DNA from: an uncultured virus (IMG/VR IMGVR_UViG_3300035682_000007)
Taxonomy: Duplodnaviria > Heunggongvirae > Uroviricota > Caudoviricetes
Virus record (IMG/VR): IMGVR_UViG_3300035682_000007
DNA length: 64,000 bases
Reading direction: 5' to 3' (one strand)
Both the position numbers and the translations under genes were made by a program. How positions within the stretch are numbered: position 1 is the first letter of the stretch; every line of letters begins with the position of its first letter. This document shows positions 19,047-29,955 of this stretch, piece by piece. The notes beneath the pieces are model-generated. The model ran no database searches. It saw only the letters and a program-made list of their open reading frames with translations, and had not been told where the DNA came from.

Positions 19047-21206
19047 TTAAATAATATATGTTGAACTGCTATACGTTGCTACACCACCTGAATAACGATA
19101 TGCTAATACATAAGGCCCACTATAATTATAGTTAGATATTGGTCTAGCATATATTTCATAATCAAGATTATTTAGTAAATTAGGTAATCTAATTTCAAAT
19201 TGACCTAATCTTTGTACATTAGTCAAAGCATTATTATATGGTAATGAATCAATATATGAAGAAGTAATTGCAGATAAACTAGGTATCAAAGTACTTGTCC
19301 CAGAATACGGATACATTTTATTTCCATATGAATTATAAACTACATATGAATCAAACAATGTAGATGCTGTAGCTCGACCAGTAGTAGATGGATTATTTGC
19401 AACTTGTATCCTAGCAAAAGGTCTATCTCCTTTAAGACCAACATTACTTATATAATTATTAGCAGTAGCACCTGTTGTTGAACCATTGATTAAATTAATA
19501 ATATAATTAAGATTACCTTGACAATTAATTTGACAATTAGTAAAAGAAAAATTATTTGCTGGTGGTAATCTTGGTTGTGTTACTGTTAATGTATAATTTG
19601 ATGCACTCATACCACTACTTACTATCATTGTTGGTGGGTGTAAATAAAAATCTGTAGCACGACTATTATCTCCACATATTGTTAAAGGAGAATTTATACT
19701 ACTATAATAATGTCTAAGATAAACAAATCTATAATAACTAATTATTGCAGGATTTGTAGTACCACTATATAAAAATACTTTTATTGCTGAATCGTAAGAA
19801 TTTTTAAAATCAAAATAATTAGAAAATTCCATATAATATGTTGCAGCTGAGGTAATAGCATTGTATGTCCTATTAAATATCACAGTATTACCTGTTGAAA
19901 CGCAATTAAAAGTACCAATATCTGGTAGATTGGCGTTATTACATACACTTTGACCACTTAAATTCATATCACCATAATTATCATTTGAATTTACTGGTGA
20001 ATGTTTACTAGCACCACCACCCAAATAATTATAAATTTGAGGTAACGCTATTGGTCCACCTATTAATTTTGCCGTATAACGAATATATCCACAAGTACCA
20101 ATAATAGGAGTTATAGTACTGGCACTAAGTTTAAATGATGTATTTTTATATGCTTCATAATCACCTAATGTTGTGTCAATAGTATCAAAACATTTTAAAC
20201 TTAAATTCCATGATGTATCAGGATTAGTTGTATTTGGTGTTACATCAATTGTTAAAAAATCATTAGGTGTTATAGTTAAACCAGTTAAACACAAAACTTT
20301 TGGGTAACTTACCAAATAAATTTGCCTAGGTATTGTTGATGGGTTTATATAAGAAAGACCACCATTAGTATTTAATATCATATTTTCTAAAACTACTGGA
20401 TTAGAATAATTAACACCTGAAAACGTTATTTTAATTGTATCAGGTACACTAATACAATTAAAAGATAATGCAAAATAATTTGTAGCACCAGTTAATAAAA
20501 ATTTAGCTTTTAAAGGTGTTGGTAATACCCCATTTGATTTTGCATCAAAAGTCATTGTATGAGAATAAGTTGTTGCTGAATTACCATTAGAACAATTAAA
20601 ATCTTGAACAGTTACATTAGGTAAACAATTTAAATCAGCAAGTACTTGACCTGTACCACCTGTTGATGAAAATGTTACCCCACTTGTTGGTGAAGATGTT
20701 AGACCAGTAAGGATTATTTTTTGTAATCTTGGTCTATATACACCTCCAACTTGTATTAAATCACTGAAAGGTTGTTGATACCCGTAAGTGTATTTTGTTC
20801 CTTTTCCAGAAGTAAAAGCTAAATTTGTTAAACTATCTGGTCCATACCAATTTATTAAATAATCACTAATATTTGTATGACATGACCCTGTTAATTCACC
20901 AATACTAAGTTTACCAATACTATTAGTGTTGGTAAAAGCACTAAAATTTAAATTACAAACATCACAAACTTGATTACATGAAATATCAATATAGACACAA
21001 TAATTATTTGTTGACAATATTTTAATTTTTGTTGTTTCATCTGGTATGTTATTTATAACATATGGACAATTACCTCCAGTAATAGCAGATAATGATAAAG
21101 TACCAAATGAGATGTTATAATTATCACTATCCGAATAAAGAGTTAACGGATTTGTTAATATAGTTGTTCCTGTATATGATAAACATGTTGATGCTGAAAA
21201 TGGCAT
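19047..21206 (-). CDS. Cys/Thr/Ser-rich putative virion protein
   Basis: Composition and position in the structural module. Confidence 0.55.
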   Translation of the reverse strand: MPFSASTCLSYTGTTILTNPLTLYSDSDNYNISFGTLSLSAITGGNCPYVINNIPDETTKIKILSTNNYCVYIDISCNQVCDVCNLNFSAFTNTNSIGKLSIGELTGSCHTNISDYLINWYGPDSLTNLAFTSGKGTKYTYGYQQPFSDLIQVGGVYRPRLQKIILTGLTSSPTSGVTFSSTGGTGQVLADLNCLPNVTVQDFNCSNGNSATTYSHTMTFDAKSNGVLPTPLKAKFLLTGATNYFALSFNCISVPDTIKITFSGVNYSNPVVLENMILNTNGGLSYINPSTIPRQIYLVSYPKVLCLTGLTITPNDFLTIDVTPNTTNPDTSWNLSLKCFDTIDTTLGDYEAYKNTSFKLSASTITPIIGTCGYIRYTAKLIGGPIALPQIYNYLGGGASKHSPVNSNDNYGDMNLSGQSVCNNANLPDIGTFNCVSTGNTVIFNRTYNAITSAATYYMEFSNYFDFKNSYDSAIKVFLYSGTTNPAIISYYRFVYLRHYYSSINSPLTICGDNSRATDFYLHPPTMIVSSGMSASNYTLTVTQPRLPPANNFSFTNCQINCQGNLNYIINLINGSTTGATANNYISNVGLKGDRPFARIQVANNPSTTGRATASTLFDSYVVYNSYGNKMYPYSGTSTLIPSLSAITSSYIDSLPYNNALTNVQRLGQFEIRLPNLLNNLDYEIYARPISNYNYSGPYVLAYRYSGGVATYSSSTYII

Positions 21207-21249
21207 ATTTTTATTTTATTTATTATTATGTTATTTGTAAATTACCTAC

Positions 21250-24200
21250 TTAACCACCTACTTTACCTAAAAATTCAGAACCAGCACTTATTTGCGATAA
21301 ATAAATAGTATCATAAATGGTTTTATTTACTACGGTATTAGTTGGGTTATTAGTTGAAGTAATATATGTTGTTATTATTTCAATATTTTTATTTTCACAA
21401 AAAATAACTTTAATTTTATTTGTTTTATTTAATTCAAGTTTTGTATCACAATCATTTGTTTTACAAAAGATTGATGTGTATTCTTTATATTTAAATTTTT
21501 GTTCATCAAATATTGTGTTTGTGTGTATTTTAACACTACCCCAAATACTAGTAGATGGAATTACTTGTTCTATTATATCTATCCAATAATCACCTACAAG
21601 ATTAGAAAAGTTATCCATAGTAACATAATTGAAAGCTGAACTAGTAGTATTCACATAATTAGCACTAATTAAATATCTTTCATAAATCGCTCTAAGTGTT
21701 GGGTACGAAGATATCGTTTGTCTATTTTTAGCATCAATTAATTCTGAAAGTATCATATTTTCAAAATCATTAGTGGTTTTAATTGACGATAAATCAGTAG
21801 TAATTATTTCAGTAAAATCAAGACTACCATCACCACAACATGCCGTATTTTGATTAATTTTACCATCCATAAAAATATATGAAAAATCATTCATGAAAAG
21901 AAAACATTCATCATCTTGAAAATTTTTAATCAAGTCTTCACACGGATTACAATAAGTTACACCGCTTAATAAACCACTATTATCATTTAAATAAGTCCAC
22001 ATATCTGTTTCAATTGCTGAAGCAATACTAATATTTAAATCAATTTCTTTTGAATTTATTATTAATCTATCATCATTTAAATCATAATTAGTTTGTCTAA
22101 ATGGATTATCCCCATTATTTTTAGCAATAAGAAACTCTCTACTAGTTTGAGTAGTTATATCAGACCATGATTTTTTATTATCAACAACTCTTTTTAAATC
22201 AAAACCTGGATTTTTTGATATTAAAATATCATTTCTATCATAAAATTTACAAACCTTATCTAATACTATATTATCCAATAAAACACAAAAATCAACACAT
22301 GAAAAATTAACTTTAAGGGTCATTTTTATTTTTTTATTAGTTATTAAACTAATAACTTTTGGGTCACTAATTACTGTTGTATATGTTAACCAATTTGAAC
22401 CTAAAGCATTTTTTGGTAGTGTTTTTAAATCAATATTTGGAAATAATGTTTCAATAAGTGAATTACAACTAGTAGTATTTGGGGTTTCTTCAAAAGTATT
22501 ATTTATTGTTAAACTTGTACAATCTGACAATCCAATATCAGTATTTGATGGGTCACCACAAATATAAAAACCACTATCACCAGATGTAGTTAAATAATCA
22601 TATAATTTGCTAGTTTTATTAATAGCTGGAAATGTTACTGCTGAAAACGCAATTTTAGTTTCCATATCATCATCAATATAATCTAAATGCATTTCTATAT
22701 CTAATGATTCTAATGCCTGAGTTGCCGTACTACATGTAGAGTTAGATGTAACACCTGTTTCAATATTGCTTTCTAAACTAATTAATGCATTTTGTTGTTT
22801 AGTTAATTTATCTTTTAAATTAGTTAAATCAATCATTAAACTATTTAATTGATTTAACAAATTAGTTTTTGCACCAAAAGGTGTATCACATGAATAAATT
22901 AAAAGATTAGTATCTGATGATTGAGTCACTATTTGTTTAACGTCATTACATGTATATGAATTAGGGTCACCTTGTATAAATAAATTATATTTTTCTACAC
23001 CTAATATATTTTTCCAAGTAACTAAACCAGCCTCTGTTAAACAATAATTTACCTTAGTATATGTTGTGGTATCTGTTTTATAAACACTAGTATTTACTAA
23101 TGTATTATCAATTGTTTTTGAAGCAAAACCGCTATTATCAAAAGAAGATAATTTACCTAAGGTAGGAAAAACACCAGGTGTTGTAGTAATAACACTGGTA
23201 CAACCAGCTTTAGATTCAAAATAATCACCAGCTTCAATTTTAACCCCAATAATATCTGCTTTATATCCTCTAGCACAAAAAGTATAATATTCACCAAGAC
23301 CAAGTGGTTTAAATGTCTGACTTTGAGTTAGCCCATTACAATCCTGATATGTTAATGTTCTAGAAGTATTAAAAGGTTTAAACATATAGGTTCTACATGG
23401 TTTATCTGGTGGACATATTCCATTATTAACTATTGTTGCACTACTACTTGGATTTACATTTCTCGCACAAAATTTTGTACCTGATGTGGTATAAGGTATA
23501 CGGTATCTTGGAACAATTAATCCATTACAATCAGTTATAGTAACATCTTCACCATTTGTATTAGTTGTAGTTACAATAAATTCATAACATGTAGTTGAAG
23601 TGTCTGGTACTATACATGATTGGGTTTCAGTTGTTACTGGACATGATGTACCACCGTACATAGGTTCAGTTAAAATAGGTCTAATTCTAGTTTGTGAAGA
23701 ATTAACACACGTTGACCAAGCTGACCAATCACCAACAACACAATTAACTGGTAAATCAGGAGTTACTATTTGAAAGTTATCACATATAATTGAATATGGT
23801 GTAATCGCTATTTCTTCATTTTTAGAAATAATAGCGTTAGTTGTAACTTCTATTTGAGAATTTAATGTTTCAATACTTTGTTGAGTAGTGTTTATTTGAG
23901 TTAGAGTTGCCTCGCTAACATAGTTTGTTGTAATTGTTGGGTTAGTTATATTATTTAAACTTTCACATTTAATTTTCAATAAATAATCAAAACTAATTTT
24001 TAAATTACACGTTTCATTTTCAAAATCATCAACAAAAAATAAAGTACCGTCATTACCTTTAGGGTTAATAACAAGATTAATAGGTTCACTAAAACCACAT
24101 GTTATAGGTACATTAGACCATTTACATTTTTGAGTATTAATATCAAAAGAATATGTAGTGTCTAATGTTTTACAACATTCTAGTGTTAATTGTACTGGAT

Positions 24201-24321
24201 ATAAATCAAGTGTAGAGTTTTTATAAAATACACTAACAGTTCCATCGCTATTTTTTTGAACTAACCCTTTATTTGCCTCAATTTCACTTTTAGTAAAACA
24301 ATTATTTTGTGTGTCTGCCAT
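21250..24321 (-). CDS. putative virion protein with thrombospondin type-1-like domain and coiled coils
   Basis: NCVVGDWSAWSTC...QTRIR.I...P..GG..CP...ETQSC. Confidence 0.65.
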   Translation of the reverse strand: MADTQNNCFTKSEIEANKGLVQKNSDGTVSVFYKNSTLDLYPVQLTLECCKTLDTTYSFDINTQKCKWSNVPITCGFSEPINLVINPKGNDGTLFFVDDFENETCNLKISFDYLLKIKCESLNNITNPTITTNYVSEATLTQINTTQQSIETLNSQIEVTTNAIISKNEEIAITPYSIICDNFQIVTPDLPVNCVVGDWSAWSTCVNSSQTRIRPILTEPMYGGTSCPVTTETQSCIVPDTSTTCYEFIVTTTNTNGEDVTITDCNGLIVPRYRIPYTTSGTKFCARNVNPSSSATIVNNGICPPDKPCRTYMFKPFNTSRTLTYQDCNGLTQSQTFKPLGLGEYYTFCARGYKADIIGVKIEAGDYFESKAGCTSVITTTPGVFPTLGKLSSFDNSGFASKTIDNTLVNTSVYKTDTTTYTKVNYCLTEAGLVTWKNILGVEKYNLFIQGDPNSYTCNDVKQIVTQSSDTNLLIYSCDTPFGAKTNLLNQLNSLMIDLTNLKDKLTKQQNALISLESNIETGVTSNSTCSTATQALESLDIEMHLDYIDDDMETKIAFSAVTFPAINKTSKLYDYLTTSGDSGFYICGDPSNTDIGLSDCTSLTINNTFEETPNTTSCNSLIETLFPNIDLKTLPKNALGSNWLTYTTVISDPKVISLITNKKIKMTLKVNFSCVDFCVLLDNIVLDKVCKFYDRNDILISKNPGFDLKRVVDNKKSWSDITTQTSREFLIAKNNGDNPFRQTNYDLNDDRLIINSKEIDLNISIASAIETDMWTYLNDNSGLLSGVTYCNPCEDLIKNFQDDECFLFMNDFSYIFMDGKINQNTACCGDGSLDFTEIITTDLSSIKTTNDFENMILSELIDAKNRQTISSYPTLRAIYERYLISANYVNTTSSAFNYVTMDNFSNLVGDYWIDIIEQVIPSTSIWGSVKIHTNTIFDEQKFKYKEYTSIFCKTNDCDTKLELNKTNKIKVIFCENKNIEIITTYITSTNNPTNTVVNKTIYDTIYLSQISAGSEFLGKVGG

Positions 24322-24322
24322 T

Positions 24323-27001
24323 TTATCTTGTTATATTTCTTATTTTTAATGTTGAACAACATCCTACGTTACCATCTCTTTTTTGTTTTAAGAAAATTGC
24401 CATTTCACTGTATTCACCCTTTTTTAAATCTTCTAATCCGTTTTGAGTTAATTTACAACCATAACCTTTTTCACCAGTGTATGGGTCTAAAGTATTAGGT
24501 GTTGGTACTGTAAAGTTAGCTTGGCCTATTAAACAATGTGAACCATCTGGTGTTACAACACCTAGACTACCATCTTCTTTTATGAATTCCATATAGTTAT
24601 CTTGTTCTACAGTATTTAACGGTAATAATATTGGTTGGAAAATTGGTGACCATTTACAAGCAACATTACAACCACAATTACCTATTGTGTCACTAGTTTT
24701 GCAACATACATACCCTGTATTTTTTATTTTATTATTTTCCATTATACTATAAATAGTTGGAAAACCAGCATTTGCTTTACAACATTCTTTAGTAGCATAA
24801 ATACTAGTATTAATAATTGGGTTATGATTAGCATCATAAAATATATTTTTATCTTTGTCATATGTATTATATTTAAAAGATAAATAACCATAATTAGTTA
24901 TTTCAGGGATAGATGCCATATCATAACAAGGTAGAGGTTTAACATATTCTTTAATATCTATACAAATACTCAAAGCATCATCATCGCTTGCTGGTGAACA
25001 ACCACATTCATTTGTTGTTGGTTGTGGATTTGGGTCTGGAATAACACTACTCGTTACTACTATACAATTACCAATATCTGAACCATCATCATTGATTGAA
25101 TCTACATAAGTTTTACCACTATAATTAGTTATATCACCAACATTATAATTAGTAAATAATTTAGTACTACCAGTTGTTATTGTTTCAGATGTAAACGTAA
25201 CAGCTGAAAAATTAGGTATTAACCCTTTAAATTGATTAATATATGCATATCCACCATCATATGGTCCTAAATGTGGGTTATTACCAGCGATAATATCACG
25301 AACTGAATTTGAACCACCTGTTTCTCTAAACCAAAGACCGTAATTTTGATAGTATAAAGAACCAGTATCTTCTAATGGATATGGATAACCTTCATTGTCA
25401 ATAGGATATATTGTTAAATCAGTATTATCTAAACCATTTAAATCTAAAGTCGCCCTAAATAAATCCATATCTATTGGGTTATCAGCTTTATATATGTATT
25501 CATTAAAAGTAACTAAACCTAATGGAATACCTATAAATTTAAGTAAAAATTCTATAGATTTACGTGCACCTTTTGATTTCCATAACCATGGTGAGTTTAA
25601 TATTATTCTTCTCCATAATTCGATATCAGCTTCAACAGCTGTTAAACCAACTGATTGACCTTCGTAAGTGGAATTAGATGTTGTTACATAACTAGATAAT
25701 AAACCATTTTCAATTACTGAAGATGTTAATTCCCAACCTAAAACTCTAGCTAAGTTTTTAATATAAATGTCAGGTATATTATTTTGTTTATTATAAGAAA
25801 CAGTATTAGCAAATGAAATACCATCAATAAAATTATTTATTTCATCAAAACTCCTACCATATATTCTAAGTGTTTTTGTTACTTTTTGACCTGTAGAATC
25901 TTTATCTAAATCATATAAATTAATAGGAGCGGTATCAAAAGATGATATAGAATCTGATACTAAAACCCTATTCATTAAATCACTACTACTTAAATCATTA
26001 TTACTTGATATATCTAATAATTTTGTTGCGTAATCAACATATGCATCAGTGTCAAAATCAATATTATAACCATCAGTTGTTGGCCAAGTTACTGAATCTG
26101 TAACATATAAAACAATACCAGCATCTGATTTAATTGAATAATTAAATGTTGCTGTGTATTTAGGCATAATTAATCTATTCAGTAAATAATATTCAAAATC
26201 TGGTAATTCATTAAAGAATGTTTCTTCTTTAAGTTTATTAGGTTTTATATGATATGATATATTTGATGTTGAAACACCTGAAAATGGGTCTCCTTTAACA
26301 TTGAAATATATGTAATCATTTGTTGGGTATGTTGCACCAGTAAAGTTTAATACTGAATATTCTGTATTATTAATTAAAACAACATACGATTCATAATTAA
26401 CTGTTACATTTCTTAAATCATTATTAACATTAAATGTATCAATAATACTACCACTTTTAAGTATATTTAATTGATAATTATTATTAATGAAATTTGTATT
26501 TATTCTAAATGATGATGTATCATTTGTTAAATCATAAATGTAATTATCATAAGTATTTCCTACAATAGTATTATTGTTAGAATTTAATGCAGTATTTTTA
26601 ACATATAAAGATGCTGGCCAATTAGTTATTATATTTTCTAAAGAAACCCTTACAAATTCATTTAATGAACCAAATTGAGCGTAGAATTTTAAATTACCCT
26701 TATCTAAATTAAGTAAAACACCAGCATTATCAGTAAGCAATTTATTTGCATCAGCAAGAGTTAAATCTAAATCAGTTAATGATACAAAATTAGAAAATTT
26801 ATTTGTGACAAAAAATTTATCACTTTTTGGGTCCATATTGGTAGTAATATTGAAATTACCCATGGTAAACAACGGGGTTCCACCTTCACTAGCTACTTGT
26901 AAACCAACTAGGTCAGGGGTAAAATTTCTATATTCGATACCGTTACCAAAAAGTTCTCTTTTTGCGTAACCAACTACCTTAACCCTAGGATTATCACTCA
27001 T
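24323..27001 (-). CDS. baseplate/tail protein with P2 gpI-like domain
   Basis: LARVLGW...WRRIILNSPWLWKSKGARKSIEFLL; Cys-rich C-terminus. Confidence 0.65.
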   Translation of the reverse strand: MSDNPRVKVVGYAKRELFGNGIEYRNFTPDLVGLQVASEGGTPLFTMGNFNITTNMDPKSDKFFVTNKFSNFVSLTDLDLTLADANKLLTDNAGVLLNLDKGNLKFYAQFGSLNEFVRVSLENIITNWPASLYVKNTALNSNNNTIVGNTYDNYIYDLTNDTSSFRINTNFINNNYQLNILKSGSIIDTFNVNNDLRNVTVNYESYVVLINNTEYSVLNFTGATYPTNDYIYFNVKGDPFSGVSTSNISYHIKPNKLKEETFFNELPDFEYYLLNRLIMPKYTATFNYSIKSDAGIVLYVTDSVTWPTTDGYNIDFDTDAYVDYATKLLDISSNNDLSSSDLMNRVLVSDSISSFDTAPINLYDLDKDSTGQKVTKTLRIYGRSFDEINNFIDGISFANTVSYNKQNNIPDIYIKNLARVLGWELTSSVIENGLLSSYVTTSNSTYEGQSVGLTAVEADIELWRRIILNSPWLWKSKGARKSIEFLLKFIGIPLGLVTFNEYIYKADNPIDMDLFRATLDLNGLDNTDLTIYPIDNEGYPYPLEDTGSLYYQNYGLWFRETGGSNSVRDIIAGNNPHLGPYDGGYAYINQFKGLIPNFSAVTFTSETITTGSTKLFTNYNVGDITNYSGKTYVDSINDDGSDIGNCIVVTSSVIPDPNPQPTTNECGCSPASDDDALSICIDIKEYVKPLPCYDMASIPEITNYGYLSFKYNTYDKDKNIFYDANHNPIINTSIYATKECCKANAGFPTIYSIMENNKIKNTGYVCCKTSDTIGNCGCNVACKWSPIFQPILLPLNTVEQDNYMEFIKEDGSLGVVTPDGSHCLIGQANFTVPTPNTLDPYTGEKGYGCKLTQNGLEDLKKGEYSEMAIFLKQKRDGNVGCCSTLKIRNITR

Positions 27002-27010
27002 TATCTATAC

Positions 27011-27961
27011 TTATATTGTTGTTATTGTACTAAATGTTTTATTGAAATCAACACTACTTCTTTCTTCCCTTACTTCAAATAATGGAGTACCAGTATATAC
27101 GTCTTTTATCTCGTATAAGTTGTATTGTTTATAAATATCATTATTAAAATTATATATAGTATAAATTCCATCATCAAGGGATTTTGTTTGATTTCCAAAC
27201 ATAGCAAAAGCAAGTGTTTCAACATCATGTTGTACCATTTCAATTTCAACCATCAAAGGATTAAAAAAAGTATTGGTAATTATTACTTGTTGATTTGGTT
27301 GTCCTATAAACGGAAACACATTTGGATTAACACTAGAAGATGAACTCGGTGTTACTGTACAATACGTAAGTGTTGAATTGTCATTGAATCTATAACGAAT
27401 AGCTTTTTGACTTGTGTTAGTAAGATTTTGATTAACTGGTTCAGCTCTATTATTAGATGTAATTACTCTATAAAAATTATTTATTTTATTATCTGTTGTT
27501 GATGTATTTGTATTCAAATATTCAATTCTATAACCAACCAACCCATTATTTTCAAATCTATTAGCAAATGCGGTTGGAACACTTGCAATATCAAATACTA
27601 AACCTTTGGTATCTGGATAGGCTGATAATACACCTACATCAACAATTCTAGTACGAATTTCAATTGGTTTAATAATGATTGTATAAAAACCTTTTGTACC
27701 AAAAGTAGCTGTTGGCAATTTAAGTGTATACATACCTCCAAAAACTTCAAAACCAGCTGTATTTGAATTTAATCCAGTTGATACATTTGATTGACCTCTA
27801 TTTGGGTTATTTATTTTAATTAGATAATCACTACTTGGACTTAATTTTTGTAACGTTGTGTTACCAATACTATCTCTAGACGCTGAAAAATGATAAAATA
27901 TTTCTACATCATCTGGTGTTATATCTGCTGGTCTTACTATACCAAAAGTGCCTACGCTCAT
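27011..27961 (-). CDS. putative structural protein (316 aa)
   Basis: Long ORF in the baseplate module. Confidence 0.55.
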   Translation of the reverse strand: MSVGTFGIVRPADITPDDVEIFYHFSASRDSIGNTTLQKLSPSSDYLIKINNPNRGQSNVSTGLNSNTAGFEVFGGMYTLKLPTATFGTKGFYTIIIKPIEIRTRIVDVGVLSAYPDTKGLVFDIASVPTAFANRFENNGLVGYRIEYLNTNTSTTDNKINNFYRVITSNNRAEPVNQNLTNTSQKAIRYRFNDNSTLTYCTVTPSSSSSVNPNVFPFIGQPNQQVIITNTFFNPLMVEIEMVQHDVETLAFAMFGNQTKSLDDGIYTIYNFNNDIYKQYNLYEIKDVYTGTPLFEVREERSSVDFNKTFSTITTI

Positions 27962-27995
27962 TGCTTTATTTGTTTTTTAATTATGTTATTTTTTA

Positions 27996-28115
27996 TTATT
28001 GTTTATTTAATGTATAAAATCCATTACCATAACGTGATAATTCATTTAAATTTTTTATTTCTGATAATCTTAAATGTTTATCAATAACTGAAGTTATCCC
28101 TCGTTCTATAAATAC
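27996..28115 (-). pseudogene. stranded copy of the last 39 codons plus stop of the 29047-29955 gene
   Basis: Reads VFIERGITSVIDKHLRLSEIKNLNELSRYGNGFYTLNKQ*; 110/120 nt identical to 29047-29166. Confidence 0.9.
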
Positions 28116-28117
28116 TT

Positions 28118-28180
28118 ATAAATATTTTTAAATTACATATATTTATAAATATATAAAAAAATTAAATATGTGTAATTTAA
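28118..28180. promoter_or_regulatory. bidirectional ATATTTAT motifs plus a hairpin sequestering the endonuclease ATG
   Basis: Arms 28128-28144 and 28164-28180 (17 bp, one G-U) include ATG 28168; palindrome ATATTTATAAATAT at 28139-28152; extra minus-strand copy at 28118-28125. Confidence 0.7.
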
Positions 28181-29061
28181 CTAAACTAAATAAATTTATA
28201 ACAAAAGCAAAAAAAATACATGGTGATAAATATGATTATTCATTATGTGAATATATTAATTCAAACGTAAAAGTAAAGATAGTATGTAATAAACATGGAG
28301 TTTTTGAACAATTGATGGTAAAACATATAAATAGAAAACAAGGTTGTTCATTATGTAATGGTGGTGTAAAATTAACCACTAATGAATTTATAACAAGAGC
28401 AAAAAAAATACATGGTGATAAATATGATTATTCATTATGTGAATACATTAACTCAAAAATAAAAGTAAAAATAATATGTGATAAACATGGGGTTTTTGAA
28501 CAAATTGCTAGTAGTCATACTGACCAAAAAACTGGTTGTCCAATTTGCTCAAAAAAACATAATTATAATAATAGTGAATTTATTGAAAAAGCAATAATCA
28601 TTCATAATAATATATATGATTATTCTGATATAGAATATAAAAATAATTACACAAAAATAAAAATAAAATGTAATAAACATGGGGTTTTCGAACAAACACC
28701 AACAAACCATTTAAATGGTAAAGGATGTCCTATTTGTAAAGATTCAAAAGGTGAGCGTGAAATAAGACAATATTTAAACCAAAATAATATTAATTTTATA
28801 TACCAACACACATTTAGTGATTGTAGAAATATAAAATTATTACCATTTGATTTTTATTTACCTAATTATAATATATGTATAGAATTTAATGGCGAACAAC
28901 ATTATAAACCAATTAAATGGTTTGGTGGTGAGAAAACATTAGAAGGTATTAAAAAAAGAGATAAAATAAAAATGGAATATTGTCAAAATAATAATATCCC
29001 ATTAATAATAATTAACAATGATAATTATGATTTACAAAAAAAATTATCATTGTTTATTTAA
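28168..29061 (+). CDS. putative homing endonuclease, three Zn-ribbon repeats plus Vsr-like PD-(D/E)XK domain
   Basis: KYDYS...I.C.KHG.FEQ....H....GCP.C three times; SKGE, PFDFY, IEFNGEQHY, RD..K. Confidence 0.88.
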   Translation: MCNLTKLNKFITKAKKIHGDKYDYSLCEYINSNVKVKIVCNKHGVFEQLMVKHINRKQGCSLCNGGVKLTTNEFITRAKKIHGDKYDYSLCEYINSKIKVKIICDKHGVFEQIASSHTDQKTGCPICSKKHNYNNSEFIEKAIIIHNNIYDYSDIEYKNNYTKIKIKCNKHGVFEQTPTNHLNGKGCPICKDSKGEREIRQYLNQNNINFIYQHTFSDCRNIKLLPFDFYLPNYNICIEFNGEQHYKPIKWFGGEKTLEGIKKRDKIKMEYCQNNNIPLIIINNDNYDLQKKLSLFI

Positions 29062-29955
29062 TGTATAAAATCCATTACCATAACGTGATAATTCATTTAA
29101 ATCTTTTATTTCTGATAACCGTAAATGTTTATCCATAACTGATGTAATCCCTCGTTCTATGAAAATTTCACTTTTTACTTCTGGTGGAAAAATTATACCA
29201 AATAAATATTCTTCTTTTGTTATTGCCGATAATGAACTATTTAATAAATTAATACCCTCACAAACATAACTAAATTGAGTGATTGGAATTCTATAATTAA
29301 CACCATTTAATATTACCTGTCTAGTTTGACCTGTATATTCAATATATTGTAAACCATTGACTTGATTAGTTGTTCCAAGTGTTGAACCAGTTGGTGTGTC
29401 AAACACATAAATTCTAGGTTCAGCCATTGAATGAATTCTACTCACACCTAAAATAGAAGCATTAACATAGTTATAATAATTAGCTTTTTCCATATCAAAA
29501 CCAATTTTAAATGGAGTGGTAACATCATATGACCTTAAATCTTCTATTTTACTATCAGTATAACCTGTAATTTTAAAATTTAAAGAGTTAACTCCTGGAT
29601 AATTACTATAACCAGAAAGCGGTATTTGTGGTATTCTTAATATTTCTTTATTTGTAAGGTTGTAGGGGTTTGTTGTATATGTACTACCCGTATAAAAATT
29701 AAAATCAGTTATATTTAAATTAAATAATTTTTCTTTTAATATTTTATAATCAGGAATTGAACTAATATCAGTTTTAGGAAAATATTCAATATCAGCAAAA
29801 ATACCCATATTATCCATAGATTGAGTTAACATGATATTTACATAAAAAGTATCCGCTGTCATTTTTCCCCATTTTAAATTAGTGGTTCCATCTGGAGCAT
29901 AAGCAGTTCTATCAATAAAATCTTCTAATAATATTTTTTTTGTTAATATTTCCAT
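29047..29955 (-). CDS. putative structural protein (302 aa)
   Basis: Coupled ORF in the structural operon. Confidence 0.6.
   Translation of the reverse strand: MEILTKKILLEDFIDRTAYAPDGTTNLKWGKMTADTFYVNIMLTQSMDNMGIFADIEYFPKTDISSIPDYKILKEKLFNLNITDFNFYTGSTYTTNPYNLTNKEILRIPQIPLSGYSNYPGVNSLNFKITGYTDSKIEDLRSYDVTTPFKIGFDMEKANYYNYVNASILGVSRIHSMAEPRIYVFDTPTGSTLGTTNQVNGLQYIEYTGQTRQVILNGVNYRIPITQFSYVCEGINLLNSSLSAITKEEYLFGIIFPPEVKSEIFIERGITSVMDKHLRLSEIKDLNELSRYGNGFYTLNKQ

Noticed and set aside
27996..29166. DGR TR/VR pair or IS target-site duplication
   Set aside because: Mismatches are codon-conservative rather than adenine-specific; no transposase or terminal inverted repeats
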